Below are positions 50,632-60,667 of a stretch of DNA of 64,000 nt, one piece after another. Source of the DNA: Candidatus Krumholzibacteriota bacterium (GTDB lineage: Bacteria; Krumholzibacteriota; Krumholzibacteriia; JAJRXK01). The DNA lies in the NCBI GenBank assembly GCA_963764625.1, contig CAVXTH010000007.1, forward strand, positions 128,001 to 192,000, written 5' to 3'. A program made the position numbers and the translations under genes. The notes beneath the pieces are model-generated. The model was not told the DNA's origin. It worked only from the letters and a program-made list of their open reading frames with translations, and made no database searches. Every line of letters begins with the position of its first letter. Positions within the stretch are counted from its first letter, which is position 1.

Positions 50632-50732
50632 CGAGTTATTCCTTTCATAACAGATGGTTCGTTATTCTTTCCATAACATACTTTCTAAGTCCTTGTCATC
50701 AAAGAAGTTTTTTGGCTGGCATCGAAGCTGCA
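50616..50732 (+). promoter_or_regulatory. Three NorR-type enhancer palindromes and sigma54 promoter for ric-norB
   Basis: GTTGT-N7-ACAAC (50616-50632), GTTAT-N7-ATAAC (50635-50651 and 50661-50677); TGGCATCGAAGCTGCA with GG-N10-GC at 50717-50732. Confidence 0.75.
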
Positions 50733-50760
50733 ATCTCGCTTCCACAAGGAGGAGATTATC

Positions 50761-51423
50761 ATGGAGAGTATCCACACGAATCTGGCGCAACTGGCCATCC
50801 AAAACCCCGCCGCGTCGCGGGTCTTCCACAGCCGGGGGCTGGACTACTGCTGCGGCGGTCAGCGTTCCCTGGAGGAAGCCTGCGGCGAGCGCGGCCTCGA
50901 CCCGGCCGAGATCCTCGAGGAGATCGGCCGCCAATCGCGCACTGCGGTGGAGGGGGATCAGTGGACGAACCGTCCGTTGCACGAGCTGACCGATTTCATC
51001 GTGAACCGTTACCACGCGGCTCTACGGCGCGAGCTTCCCGAACTCATTGCCTTGGCGGAAAAGGTCGAACGGCGGCACGCCGAGAAAGAGAGCCGTCCCG
51101 CCGGTCTGACGACTCATCTGCGGATGATCCACGCAGCGATGCTGGATCACATGCAGAAGGAAGAGCAAATCCTCTTTCCGCTCATCGATGCCGGTAGCGG
51201 AAACCAAGCCGCTGGCCCGGTTCAGGTCATGGAGAGCGAACATCGCGAGCATGCCGTCAACCTGCAACGCACCCGCGAGCTCACTCACGATTTCTTGCCT
51301 CCAGAAGAGGCCTGTACGAGCTGGCGGGCACTCTATCTGCGACTCAATGAGCTCGAAGCGGAACTCATGGAGCACATTCATCTCGAGAACAACATTCTCT
51401 TTCCTCGAGCACTGTGCGAATGA
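50761..51423 (+). CDS. ric: Iron-sulfur cluster repair di-iron protein
   Basis: LDYCCGG, RYH, HMQKEEQILFP, EH, CTSWRALY, HIHLENNILFP. Confidence 0.95.
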   Translation: MESIHTNLAQLAIQNPAASRVFHSRGLDYCCGGQRSLEEACGERGLDPAEILEEIGRQSRTAVEGDQWTNRPLHELTDFIVNRYHAALRRELPELIALAEKVERRHAEKESRPAGLTTHLRMIHAAMLDHMQKEEQILFPLIDAGSGNQAAGPVQVMESEHREHAVNLQRTRELTHDFLPPEEACTSWRALYLRLNELEAELMEHIHLENNILFPRALCE

Positions 51424-51437
51424 CAGGAGGTTTCGCA

Positions 51438-51838
51438 GTGTGCGGTCATGGGAAATACTGGTGGGGTTTGGGAGTGACGCTGGTCGTTGCGTTCACAATC
51501 CTCGGGTTCTTCGGTCGGGAGGTCTATCGCAAAGCTCCGCCGCTTCCGGAAAAGGTCGTGTCGGCGGATGGCGTTGTGCTCATGACGCGTGCAGACATCC
51601 TCGATGGGCAGCAGGCCTGGCAGAGTTTGGGCGGCCAACAGATGGGCTCGATCTGGGGACACGGCGCCTATCAGGCGCCGAGCAGGCCATCTACCGCGAC
51701 CGTTTGCTTCACGAGATGCGCCGAAACACCCTCGATCCCGCGACCGGTACGCTGGTGCTCAGTGACGCGCGAGTCGAAGCCATTGGCAAGGTCGCGGCTC
51801 ATTATCGCGCACTCTTTGGTGGCGATCCTTCTTCCTGA
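51438..51838 (+). pseudogene. norB: Remnant of quinol-dependent nitric oxide reductase (qNor) N-terminus
   Basis: GREVYRKAPPLP..ILDGQQAWQSLGGQQMGSIWGHGAYQAP, then a deletion/frameshift near 51678, then EMRRNTLD..GTLVLSDAR..HYRALF and a stop; catalytic membrane domain absent. Confidence 0.8.
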
Positions 51839-51986
51839 GCGGAGTCGCTTCCCTCGCCTGGTTCTTTCTTGGACTTCTCACCGGACACAGCTACTTGCTT
51901 GTAAGTGAGCGGTCGAAGATCAAAGCCACGCGGGTATGGATCCGAGCTTCGGGGAGTGTGACCAGAGCATGATGTGAAAGGGGACT

Positions 51987-52457
51987 TTACCTGTTCTCGA
52001 AATACCTCCGCAACATCATCAACTGTCCAAAGTGATACGAGTTGTGTTTGATCAAGAGGATCCCTTCGCGCAGGAGCGTCTGTCCACTCCCATGCGTGAA
52101 GGGCTTCTCGAGATCGTTCGACGGGTCCGCGAGCAAACTCACCATATTCTCCAAATCCCTTTGGAAGGCCTCGATGCTCTGCGACCAAGCAGCTTCATTC
52201 TTGGGCGCTGTATCCTTGGGCCAGTAGCCCTCCGGCCAGGGAGGGGATTTGTGCTCGGGGTCGGTCGAGAACTTCAGGATGTCCTCCTGCGCCAGACGTA
52301 GATGCTCGAGCAAGTGCCATGCGGAATGGGAGAAGCCATCAGGTACGCTTCCGCGGTGTTCTTGCGGAAAATCCTCGAGGATCTCCTTCAACATGGGGTG
52401 GGCGTTGGAGGCCTTGAGCATCGTGGTGAGTTGTTCGCGGACCGCGTCGTTCGCCAT
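51987..52457 (-). CDS. DinB family protein
   Basis: AH, SAWHLLEHLRLAQEDIL, WPEGYWP, GQTLLRE, HNSYHFGQ. Confidence 0.85.
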   Translation of the reverse strand: MANDAVREQLTTMLKASNAHPMLKEILEDFPQEHRGSVPDGFSHSAWHLLEHLRLAQEDILKFSTDPEHKSPPWPEGYWPKDTAPKNEAAWSQSIEAFQRDLENMVSLLADPSNDLEKPFTHGSGQTLLREGILLIKHNSYHFGQLMMLRRYFENR

Positions 52458-52473
52458 GGGGACTCCTCGGATC

Positions 52474-52953
52474 CTAGAATTGACCCTTCAGCATGCCCCA
52501 ACTGCTACGGGGCACCGCAACCGCGCCGGCATCCATACCATCACAGTCCTGGTCGATTCCGTCGCCAGGGATGTCGAGCGCGGCAGGGTTGATCGTAAAA
52601 TCAGAGTCGTCGCAATCACCCCCACCGAAGATCGTACCGAACTCGTTGCAGCTAAAGTCTGCGCTCAAAACCGTGCTGGAGTCAGAGCCCCAGCCATCCG
52701 CGTCTAGATCTTCGTAGCAGAGTTCGAACCCATCGCAGTCTTCGTCGATTCCGTCGCTGAGGAATTTCAACCGCTCCTGGATATAATGGAGTTAGTTGTC
52801 ATCGCAGTCATCGCCGCCGCAGGCAACCGAGATGTGACCGTCACCATCAAGATCCTCCGGACACTGGGCCCGCGCGGTGACGTTTCCGACAAGCAGACTG
52901 GATGCAAGGATGAGAGAAAACAGGTAAGAGACATGACTTAGCCTTGTTCTCAT
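52474..52953 (-). CDS. Secreted protein with MopE-related putative metal-binding repeats and SWGxxK tail; frameshifted near 52765-52795
   Basis: Signal peptide ARA-Q; DLDGDG..DCDD, DGIDEDCDG, DCDDSDFTINPAALDIPGDGIDQDCDG; ends VAVPRSSWGMLKGQF. Confidence 0.7.
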
Positions 52954-53254
52954 AGAGAGACCTCGTGAATTGCGGGGGAATGAGGAACTCCAACAGCGCG
53001 GTAGGGGAGCCAGGCGCACAAGTAATAGGCGCTCGCCTGGGACCGAGCGTCGGGGCCGAACGGAGTATACACCGAATGGCGGTTCCGTGAGAGAACTTTC
53101 GAAAGGCTCCTCTAATTCTCATCTCCCACCTCAGTGGATGTCGCTCCACTGAAGGTTCAGAGTAAACGGATCGCCACTGGCGTGGTTGCGATGAGCGAAG
53201 CGAGTCAAGCACAAGCATGCTTGGCACAACTGTACTCGCTTTCCTCTTATTCCA

Positions 53255-55473
53255 ATGGTGGTCAGATCAATAAAGCGCACTCATTCATCGGTATTTCCTG
53301 GTTTCACCCTCGCGTTTTTGTCATCGCTGGTGCTCTTCCTCGCTTGCTCCGCGCGTTGCGCAGTCGCGGATACCATCCAAGTCGCAAAGGATGGGTCGGG
53401 TGATTACTCGACTCTGCAAGAGGCGGTTGCGGCCTCCAGCGAGGGTGATCGCATCGAAGTAGGTCCGGGCACCTACAGCGAGGCCGGAGTGGAGGAAGCA
53501 GGGGTTCAGGTGACCCACAGTCTGGAGATCGTCGCGACATCGGGTCCCGAAGTTACGATCATCGACGGCGAGACCGTTCGACGTGGCTTTCTCTTTAGGG
53601 GCATACAGACGAGCCTCGTGCAGGGCTTCACTTTCCTCAACTGCTACCACAATGACATCGGCTCGGGGATTACGGTCACCGAAGGCGCGCACCTCGAGGT
53701 CGAAGGCTGTTCCTTCGAGCAAAATATGGCGGGTTATCAAGGAGGTGCGGTTCACGTACGTCAATCTGGATCGAGTTTACAGATCCGAGACTCCCAGTTC
53801 ACCGAGAATACATCCTACATAGGAGGAGCAGGTACCTCCATCCAAGGGGGGAGCCTCTCCTTTGAAAACTGCCTGTTCGAAAAGAACGTGGGCACCGAGA
53901 TCTACGGTACGCTGGCAACGAATGCGGCGTACCTTGGTGTCACGGGGTGCACCTTCATCGAAAACAGCGGGCCGAGTGGTACCTGCGTCAACTACTATGA
54001 GGCGGATGGCAAGGTCTTGGGGAACACCTTCTACAGGAATTCGGTCGGGATCGCGAGTGTGAGAGTCGATGCTCCGACCAAGAGAATCCTCGTGGCTAGA
54101 AATATCTTCTACGGTGAACAGCAAGGTTACGGCTTGGTGGAATACGGTGGGGTGGACGAGAGCTGCAATCTCTACTACCAGAACGCGAAGGGCAGCAATC
54201 TGAGCTGATCATGTCGGCAGATAGTGCGGGAGGTACTTTTGGAGAAGAAGTCGCGACCACGGTGAGCCTGCGTTTGGCGGATGCAGATGCACCCGTCGTG
54301 TCTTCGATTGGAGGCCTGGACTTCGTTCTGCTGTGGAACCCCATCGTCGCTACCTTCGTCAGAGTTGAACCCACCGAGGAGACGGCAAACTGGCAGATTG
54401 CCAACGATGCCACTCACGCCCCGTATGGGGAACTTCACGTCTCCATGGCTGGTCTCGATGGTTTCGACGTGGGTCCGGAGAAAGTGAATGCCTTGCGGAT
54501 AGTCTTCGAGTTCAACTCGGACGGAGGTTATACCTCGCTGGACCTGACTCAGACGAAGGTTTTTACGACTGAACCAGCTCCCGTTTCTCATGGTACCGAA
54601 GCAGGTACGCTCACGGAAGGTTGTGAGAAGGGTGACGTCTATCCCGACGGCAGCATCGACTCGGCGGACGCCATCCTGGCATTGAAGATTGCGATTGGAC
54701 TGGTCCAGGCCACTCCAGCGCAACTCTGTGCCGCCGACATGAACGATGACGGAAAGGTCGATGTCGGCGATGCCGTGCTGATACTCCGTACGGCCGTTGG
54801 TTCGCTCAAAACGGACTTGGCAAAGTCGAGCACACTTGCGAGCAGTGTCGAATTGAACCCGAGTTCGGAGGGGGCGACGCTGAATCTCTCAGGAATTGCC
54901 GGCTTCGATGCCGAGTTGATCTACGCTCCAACCAAGATCCACTTTGTGGCCGGTAGCTCTCAAAGTGGGCTCGTGATCGTCAATGATGAGCAGGAAGGGC
55001 TGATTCAGGTGGCCTACGCTGCAAGCTCCGAGAATGACGCTGCCGTCAATCTGCACTTCGAGTCCTTGAATGGGGGAGGGTTGCTCACCCTTCAGCAGGT
55101 GTGGGGTTGCGATCTCGGAGGACAAAGCGTGGGTCTGAGCAACGACGAGCAGAGCGTGTTCGTTTCGTTGACCGCAACCTCGACGCCAAGTAGCTCTCGA
55201 AAAGCGGAGCTGCTGGGCATCTATCCCAATCCCTTCAACCCGCAGACGGTAATCAAATTCCGTCTCGATGCGCATGAATCAGATCTGAGGATCTATGATA
55301 CGGCGGGTCATCGGGTGAAGAGCTTTGATCTATCGCATCTCGGGTCCGGTGAGCATAGCATTCGTTGGTTCGGAAGGGATGAGGCGGGGCGTACGGTTGC
55401 GAGTGGCGTGTACTACGTCAGACTGCAGACTTCTCATGGGGCAGAAGTGCTCAGGGCCGTGCTCCTGAAGTAG
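53255..55473 (+). CDS. Secreted right-handed beta-helix + cohesin-like + dockerin + FlgD/T9SS-type CTD protein, split at 54206-54211
   Basis: GSGDYSTLQEAV..GPGTYSE..GPEVTIIDG beta-helix ORF 53255-54208. ORF 54211-55473 lacks a signal peptide and has GDVYPDGSIDSADA / ADMNDDGKVDVGDA dockerin loops and IYPNPFNPQT. Confidence 0.65.
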
Positions 55474-55491
55474 GCGAGAGGCTCATTCGAA

Positions 55492-55513
55492 GGGGCTCCC
55501 CCGGGGGAGCCCC
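55492..55513. terminator. Hairpin between convergent genes
   Basis: GGGGCTCCC-CCGG-GGGAGCCCC. Confidence 0.6.
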
Positions 55514-55518
55514 ATTCC

Positions 55519-58308
55519 TCAGCGATATCCGAAGAGCACCGAGTAGAGAATGAGCCCGATGAGGATCGTCCCCAGGGTGAGCGCGGTGAACCCGAGGATC
55601 TTCACCGCCAGCATACGTCGGCGTGAAATGCTGGTGGTTTCCACGTAGCGCTTCAGTCCACCAAGATCCTTCAAATCCGCCACCGCACGAGGACGATCCT
55701 TCTTGTACTCCTCGTAGGGCACGACGCCAGTGAAGATCACGGTATCCATGGGGAACGCCTCGGGCCTCAGATGAGTATTGAAGAAGTGGATGGTGAAAAT
55801 GAAACCAACCGCGAGCAACGCCTCGTCGCTGTGGATGATGGTGGCGACGTTGATGAGCCAGCCGGGGAGGAACTTCGTGAAGAGCTCGGGTAGCCAAAGC
55901 ATCAGCCCCGAGAGACCGATGACTGCGATTCCCCAGAACACCGCCAGATAGTCGAACTTCTCCCAGTAGGTCCAACGTCCGTACTCCGGTCGCGGACCCT
56001 TGCCCCAGAACCACTTCACCGAGGCGATGAACTCGTGGAAGTCCCGGCGATTGAACATGAGCGAGTTGGGCCCGAAGATCAGATCCTTGAGCGAGACCTT
56101 GCGCTTTCTCTTGAAGAGCGCGAGGGAGGCAAGGTGGAAGGCGAAGTATCCGAAGGTGATCACCGCAGCTGTGCGGTGGATCAGACCTGCATTACGCACT
56201 CCACCGAGCATCGCGGAGAGTCTGACTGCCCAGGGCATGCCCGAGAACTTCAACATCATCCCCGTGAGCGCGAGGGTCAGGAAGCTGATGATGACGAAGA
56301 TGTGCGTATACTGCTGGGGCTTCGTGAAGCGGCGTACGTAGTGACGGGTACGTCCTTCTTCCACCGCCTTGCGTCTGCGCTCTCGCATGCTCTTGAACGA
56401 GCGTGGGAGCCACATCAAAGTGTGAATGCCGAAGAACGAGAACACGCCCACCAGAAGGAGCGTCATTGACCAGTAGGTGTAATACAACACCGGATACCGC
56501 ACCGGATCGTGGTGTGTGGCATGGGTGAGGTAACCGGTGAACCGCCGATTCGCATCCGCGTGACACTTCCGGCAGGTGGTCACGATGTTTCGGAAGGCGA
56601 CCGAGGATGCCGGATCGTTGACGCTCAGAATGAGATGCGCGCCATGGCAATCAGAACACTTCGCGGACTTCAAGAAGCCCAACTGATAGGCCTTTCCGTG
56701 CATCGTCTTCAGATAGGTCTTGGCCAGCTCCTCGTGACACGAGCCGCACTGCTGGGTCACTTGCCGCATGAACTCGTCCTGTTGGGTCGATTCGATGCGG
56801 TGCGAAGTGTGGCAACGCGCGCAGGTGGGGACCTTCTTTTCATCTTTGGGGTCGGAAGAGTAGTGAATGCTCTTGATGAACTCTTTGTAGATCCCCCGGT
56901 GACAGTTTGCGCATGTCGCAGGCAGGTTTCGCGGATAAACCTTGGAGCGATTGTCCGAGGCGGGGAGAATCAAGTGGCTGCCGTGGCAATCGATGCAGAT
57001 GGCGCTGGGAAGAAGGCCCTTTTCCGTCAACGCGCGCCCGTGGACGCTCTTGGAGTAGTCGTTGAACGCGGATTTTTCCGTGAGATCAGCGGCGGTATTG
57101 GCAGCTCCTCCTTTGGTGTGACACTTGCCGCATAGTGCCGGCACGTTCGAGCGGAAAGTCAGCGATCGTTCGTCGTTGTGGCGATACGCGTTGTGGGTTC
57201 CATGACAATCGGTACAGTAGGGAGCTTCTTTCACTCCGGAAGCCCAGTCCTTGCCGTGACCGCTCTCGAAATACTCCTCGGAGATCTTCGAGTGGCAGGC
57301 CGAACAGTCCACTCTACCCGACGGCTCGCAGGGCCGGTGCAGGCGCGGATCGATATCAGAATGGCACTTCACGCAGGGAATCGTGGTGTGGGCGGAATCC
57401 TGCAGCACCTTGGAATCAACGTACATCGAGAGCGTGTCGCCGCTGGCGGAGACCGAGTGCAATGTGTGGTCAGCGTGACAACGTAGGCACTCCCGATCGG
57501 AGACCGTCATCGCAACGGTTTCCTTGCGGGTCAGGTGCGGTCGGTGACAGTCCGTGCACGACGGAATCGCGCCGGGCTTCTGTTCCCAGAGCTCACCCCG
57601 AATGACCTTGGCATGCACCTTTTCGATCTGTGCATGACACTTCATACAGGTCTTGGCTATGTTGCGTGGCGAGATGGTCGCGTTCGGATCGGTATGCGGG
57701 AGAATCCGGTGGCTACCGTGGCAGTCGTTGCAGGTCGCGGTGACGATGAGCCCCTTTTTGAACAGCCCTTCACCGTGGATGCTCTGACTGTAGTTCTCGA
57801 GAATGTTGGTTTGACCGATCTTGTAGGTGCTCGCGACGGGCGCACCCTCTTTGTGGCAACGGCCGCATGTGAGGGGGATGTTGGTTTTGTAGACCTTCGA
57901 CTTTGGGTCTCTGGGGGAACGAATGTCGTGAATCCCGTGACAGTCGGGGCAGTCGGGCGCATAGGGCAGGCCGCCGCTCAGGGCCTGACCATGGATACTC
58001 GAATCGAAGTCGAGCTGCTCGTCGTCGTGGCAGTTGCCGCAGCGGACCTTGGCCAGCCGTTCGGGGTGGTCCTCGCTGGCGTCCTCATGACAGTCGGTGC
58101 ACGAGAGATCAGCGTGAACCGACGCGGCGAACGCTTTGGCGTTCACGTAGAGCGAGAAGGTGGTGCCCTGCCGTTCCGTGGAGAAATCGGGGTCGTCATG
58201 GCACATCAGGCAGGTCTCGTTGTCGGTCTGGGCCCGCACGGAACCCGTCACCAACAGCCCTCCCACCAGCATCAGCCAGAAGAGCACTCGCTTTGATCCT
58301 CGATCCAT
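55519..58308 (-). CDS. Multiheme cytochrome c (19 CxxCH) fused to FdnI/HydC-like cytochrome b (CbcL-like)
   Basis: 19 CxxCH motifs counted; C-terminal TM domain with [38 protein letters not shown]. Confidence 0.88.
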   Translation of the reverse strand: MDRGSKRVLFWLMLVGGLLVTGSVRAQTDNETCLMCHDDPDFSTERQGTTFSLYVNAKAFAASVHADLSCTDCHEDASEDHPERLAKVRCGNCHDDEQLDFDSSIHGQALSGGLPYAPDCPDCHGIHDIRSPRDPKSKVYKTNIPLTCGRCHKEGAPVASTYKIGQTNILENYSQSIHGEGLFKKGLIVTATCNDCHGSHRILPHTDPNATISPRNIAKTCMKCHAQIEKVHAKVIRGELWEQKPGAIPSCTDCHRPHLTRKETVAMTVSDRECLRCHADHTLHSVSASGDTLSMYVDSKVLQDSAHTTIPCVKCHSDIDPRLHRPCEPSGRVDCSACHSKISEEYFESGHGKDWASGVKEAPYCTDCHGTHNAYRHNDERSLTFRSNVPALCGKCHTKGGAANTAADLTEKSAFNDYSKSVHGRALTEKGLLPSAICIDCHGSHLILPASDNRSKVYPRNLPATCANCHRGIYKEFIKSIHYSSDPKDEKKVPTCARCHTSHRIESTQQDEFMRQVTQQCGSCHEELAKTYLKTMHGKAYQLGFLKSAKCSDCHGAHLILSVNDPASSVAFRNIVTTCRKCHADANRRFTGYLTHATHHDPVRYPVLYYTYWSMTLLLVGVFSFFGIHTLMWLPRSFKSMRERRRKAVEEGRTRHYVRRFTKPQQYTHIFVIISFLTLALTGMMLKFSGMPWAVRLSAMLGGVRNAGLIHRTAAVITFGYFAFHLASLALFKRKRKVSLKDLIFGPNSLMFNRRDFHEFIASVKWFWGKGPRPEYGRWTYWEKFDYLAVFWGIAVIGLSGLMLWLPELFTKFLPGWLINVATIIHSDEALLAVGFIFTIHFFNTHLRPEAFPMDTVIFTGVVPYEEYKKDRPRAVADLKDLGGLKRYVETTSISRRRMLAVKILGFTALTLGTILIGLILYSVLFGYR

Positions 58309-58559
58309 GCCGCCACTCCGCTGGAACCCGGGAACTCCCGAACGAAAGCTCGATAACCAGGTCGAACAATTGTGATTTTGGGGGCCCTGTCAAGGTGAAG
58401 TGGAGTTCCCGTGCGATGGGACCATCCTGCGATTTCCCCCGATTCCGGGCCGAATCGGGCCATTTGCGAAATTCCCATGGACAGACGCGCGAGGGTGGAG
58501 AGAGGCTCATGGGGCCAGAGTGAATCCAGAGACTTCCTCGGACCAGGGAGGGCAAGTCG

Positions 58560-59084
58560 GTGCGCACGGTTCGATTTCTCCTAGTCTTGTCCAGTAGCAT
58601 CTTGCTCGTGGCGGTGGGATGCTCGCAGAGAACCCAGCCGTCCGAGGAGTTGGCGCACTACGCGCTGGACGACATGGATGGGGTGATCACTCAGACCGGC
58701 GTCGAGCTCGACAAGGCGGTGTCGAGCGATGCGGGCGGTTCCCTGCATCTGACGACGACCGATTCGACCACGGTGAGCCTTTTCGAGACGGGTGACCTGA
58801 AGGTGGAGGGCGCTAGGCTCATCTACTCGGCGAAGATCCGCACCCAGGACCTGGAGGGAAAGGCCTACCTGGAAATGTGGTGCCACTTCCCGGGAAAGGG
58901 CGAGTACTTCTCCCGTGGGCTCACCGATCCTCTGACCGGGAGCCAGGACTGGAGCTCCCAGGAGACCTCCTTCTTCCTGAAGAAGGGTCAGGATCCGGAC
59001 CAGGTGAAGCTCAACCTCGTGGTCACCGGGCCCGGTGAGGTGTGGATCGATGATCTACGGCTGGTGAAGGCTCCGCTTCCGTAG
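58560..59084 (+). CDS. Hypothetical lipoprotein (CBM-like jelly-roll)
   Basis: Lipobox AVGC; AYLEMWCHF, GEVWIDD. Confidence 0.65.
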   Translation: MRTVRFLLVLSSSILLVAVGCSQRTQPSEELAHYALDDMDGVITQTGVELDKAVSSDAGGSLHLTTTDSTTVSLFETGDLKVEGARLIYSAKIRTQDLEGKAYLEMWCHFPGKGEYFSRGLTDPLTGSQDWSSQETSFFLKKGQDPDQVKLNLVVTGPGEVWIDDLRLVKAPLP

Positions 59085-59134
59085 GCGGACCTTGGCGGGG
59101 TCGGTCGAGCGAAACGGGAGCGCGGGCTCGCGAC

Positions 59135-59602
59135 TCAGTTCTTTAGCATCCCTTCTGGCATTTCAACGCACACGATTTCTCCCGTGGCGCAAACGACGCC
59201 CTCGGCGGAGAGTTCGGCGTCGATGACGACCTTTCGACCCTTGATTTCCTTGATCTTGCCGCGAATGACCAACTCCGGTCCCATGGGCGTCGGCTTCAGG
59301 TAGTTCACGTGGAGGGCGGCGGTCACGAAGCGGGGAATCCTCTCGCCCTCCGTCCCGCCCCGATGGCGGTGCATCGCGGCGGCGGCAGAGCCGGTGCCGT
59401 GGCAGTCGATGAGGGAAGCGATGAGCCCGCCGTACACGTACCCCACGATGGCGGTGTGATAGGGCTTGGGCTGGAAGGTGCAGACTGTTTCGTCGCCATC
59501 CCAGTAACTCTTGATCTGGTGACCATGCTCGTTCAGGGCACCGCAGCCGTAGCAGTGCTGGACATCCTCCGGGTAGAGGTCCTGGAATGCGACTCGCTCC
59601 AT
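59135..59602 (-). CDS. PaaI family thioesterase (hotdog fold)
   Basis: CYGCG..NEHG, YGGLIASLIDCHG, VTAALHVNYLKPTP. Confidence 0.85.
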   Translation of the reverse strand: MERVAFQDLYPEDVQHCYGCGALNEHGHQIKSYWDGDETVCTFQPKPYHTAIVGYVYGGLIASLIDCHGTGSAAAAMHRHRGGTEGERIPRFVTAALHVNYLKPTPMGPELVIRGKIKEIKGRKVVIDAELSAEGVVCATGEIVCVEMPEGMLKN

Positions 59603-59628
59603 ATCCGTGATTCCCTTCTGAGAAAAGA

Positions 59629-59657
59629 GAAAGCCCCCACCAAAGGAGGGGGCTTTC
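59629..59657 (-). terminator. Intrinsic terminator
   Basis: GAAAGCCCCC...GGGGGCTTTC followed by a U-rich tract on the minus strand. Confidence 0.7.
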
Positions 59658-59683
59658 CATTGTATCTCCCAGGCTCAACTAAG

Positions 59684-60439
59684 TCACTTGCCGTAACTCG
59701 ACTTGATCTTGCTGAAGGAGACCGCTTGTGCATCCACTGGAGACATCGCGCTGATCTCGACCACGAAATCCTGGTAGTCGTTGTCAGTACAATGGTCGCA
59801 GTAGCTCGAAGTGATGTCGCCACTGTAGTCCAGGTCTTCCCAGGCCAGAACGAAGGTGGGAACGCCGCCACGGAGATCCGTGATGTCATACACGAGACAC
59901 TGCACGTCGCCATCTGTCGGCGCGTGCACTCCGCCGCCCCCGGACACGCCGAGGTCGTTGTAGAAGCGATTGACGAAGAAAAGCTCCGGTTCGGGTGCGT
60001 TGATGGAGTCCAGCGGACCATTGGGGTTGAGATAGAAGCTAAACGTCGTCACGCCGGAGGGGAATACGATCGATGCCGTCGCTCCGACCCCCGACGGGCC
60101 ATCAAAGATCACACCGTCGTCCACTCCATCGATGACGGGTTGACTCAAGGTCTCCTTGTACCAGCCGAAGGTGTTTTGGGGACTGTAGCCCGCGACCTCG
60201 CGAACGATGATGCCGTAGATTCCAAGGTCTTCCCAATACACGGGGTCGGGGTCGCCGGAGTTTGCGCCGATGTAGTCGTTCTGGGCGTCGATGACGCCAA
60301 CACCGTACTCAGCATCGAGTACGCTCTGAAGGGAGATACCATCCCACGACGTGCCGAAGGTGACAGGGAAGGCGTGGGCTGAGGAAGCAAGAAGCAGGGC
60401 CAGCAGCGCGCAGCCCATTCCGCGAACAAGGTTGTGCAT
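59684..60439 (-). CDS. Secreted DUF4114-like protein with SFSxxK tail
   Basis: GGAGG RBS, signal peptide AHA-F; EVAGYS..NTFGWY; LAWEDL...DNDYQDFVVEI; ends VDAQAVSFSKIKSSYGK. Confidence 0.7.
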   Translation of the reverse strand: MHNLVRGMGCALLALLLASSAHAFPVTFGTSWDGISLQSVLDAEYGVGVIDAQNDYIGANSGDPDPVYWEDLGIYGIIVREVAGYSPQNTFGWYKETLSQPVIDGVDDGVIFDGPSGVGATASIVFPSGVTTFSFYLNPNGPLDSINAPEPELFFVNRFYNDLGVSGGGGVHAPTDGDVQCLVYDITDLRGGVPTFVLAWEDLDYSGDITSSYCDHCTDNDYQDFVVEISAMSPVDAQAVSFSKIKSSYGK

Positions 60440-60667
60440 AGAGTGCCTCCACGGGAAGAGTGTCGGTGAGACTACGGGCGGCCGCGTCCAACGTAGAGGA
60501 CCGACGCAGCCGGAAGGATTCGTTCTCACTCTTCTCCTGCGCGAGTGTAGCCTAATTATAGGGTCCCTGTCGAGCCGGCCGATCCGTGATACGGCCCAAA
60601 ACGGTATCAAATAGCAATTTAGCCGGCTCGACCCGCCCAGTCTGGTACCGCTGCGGCCCGTGGTGAT

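Noticed and set aside
58360-58380. CGAACAA half-site upstream of the multiheme cytochrome as a fifth ROK operator
   Set aside because: The left half (TTGTTCG) is absent at the required spacing
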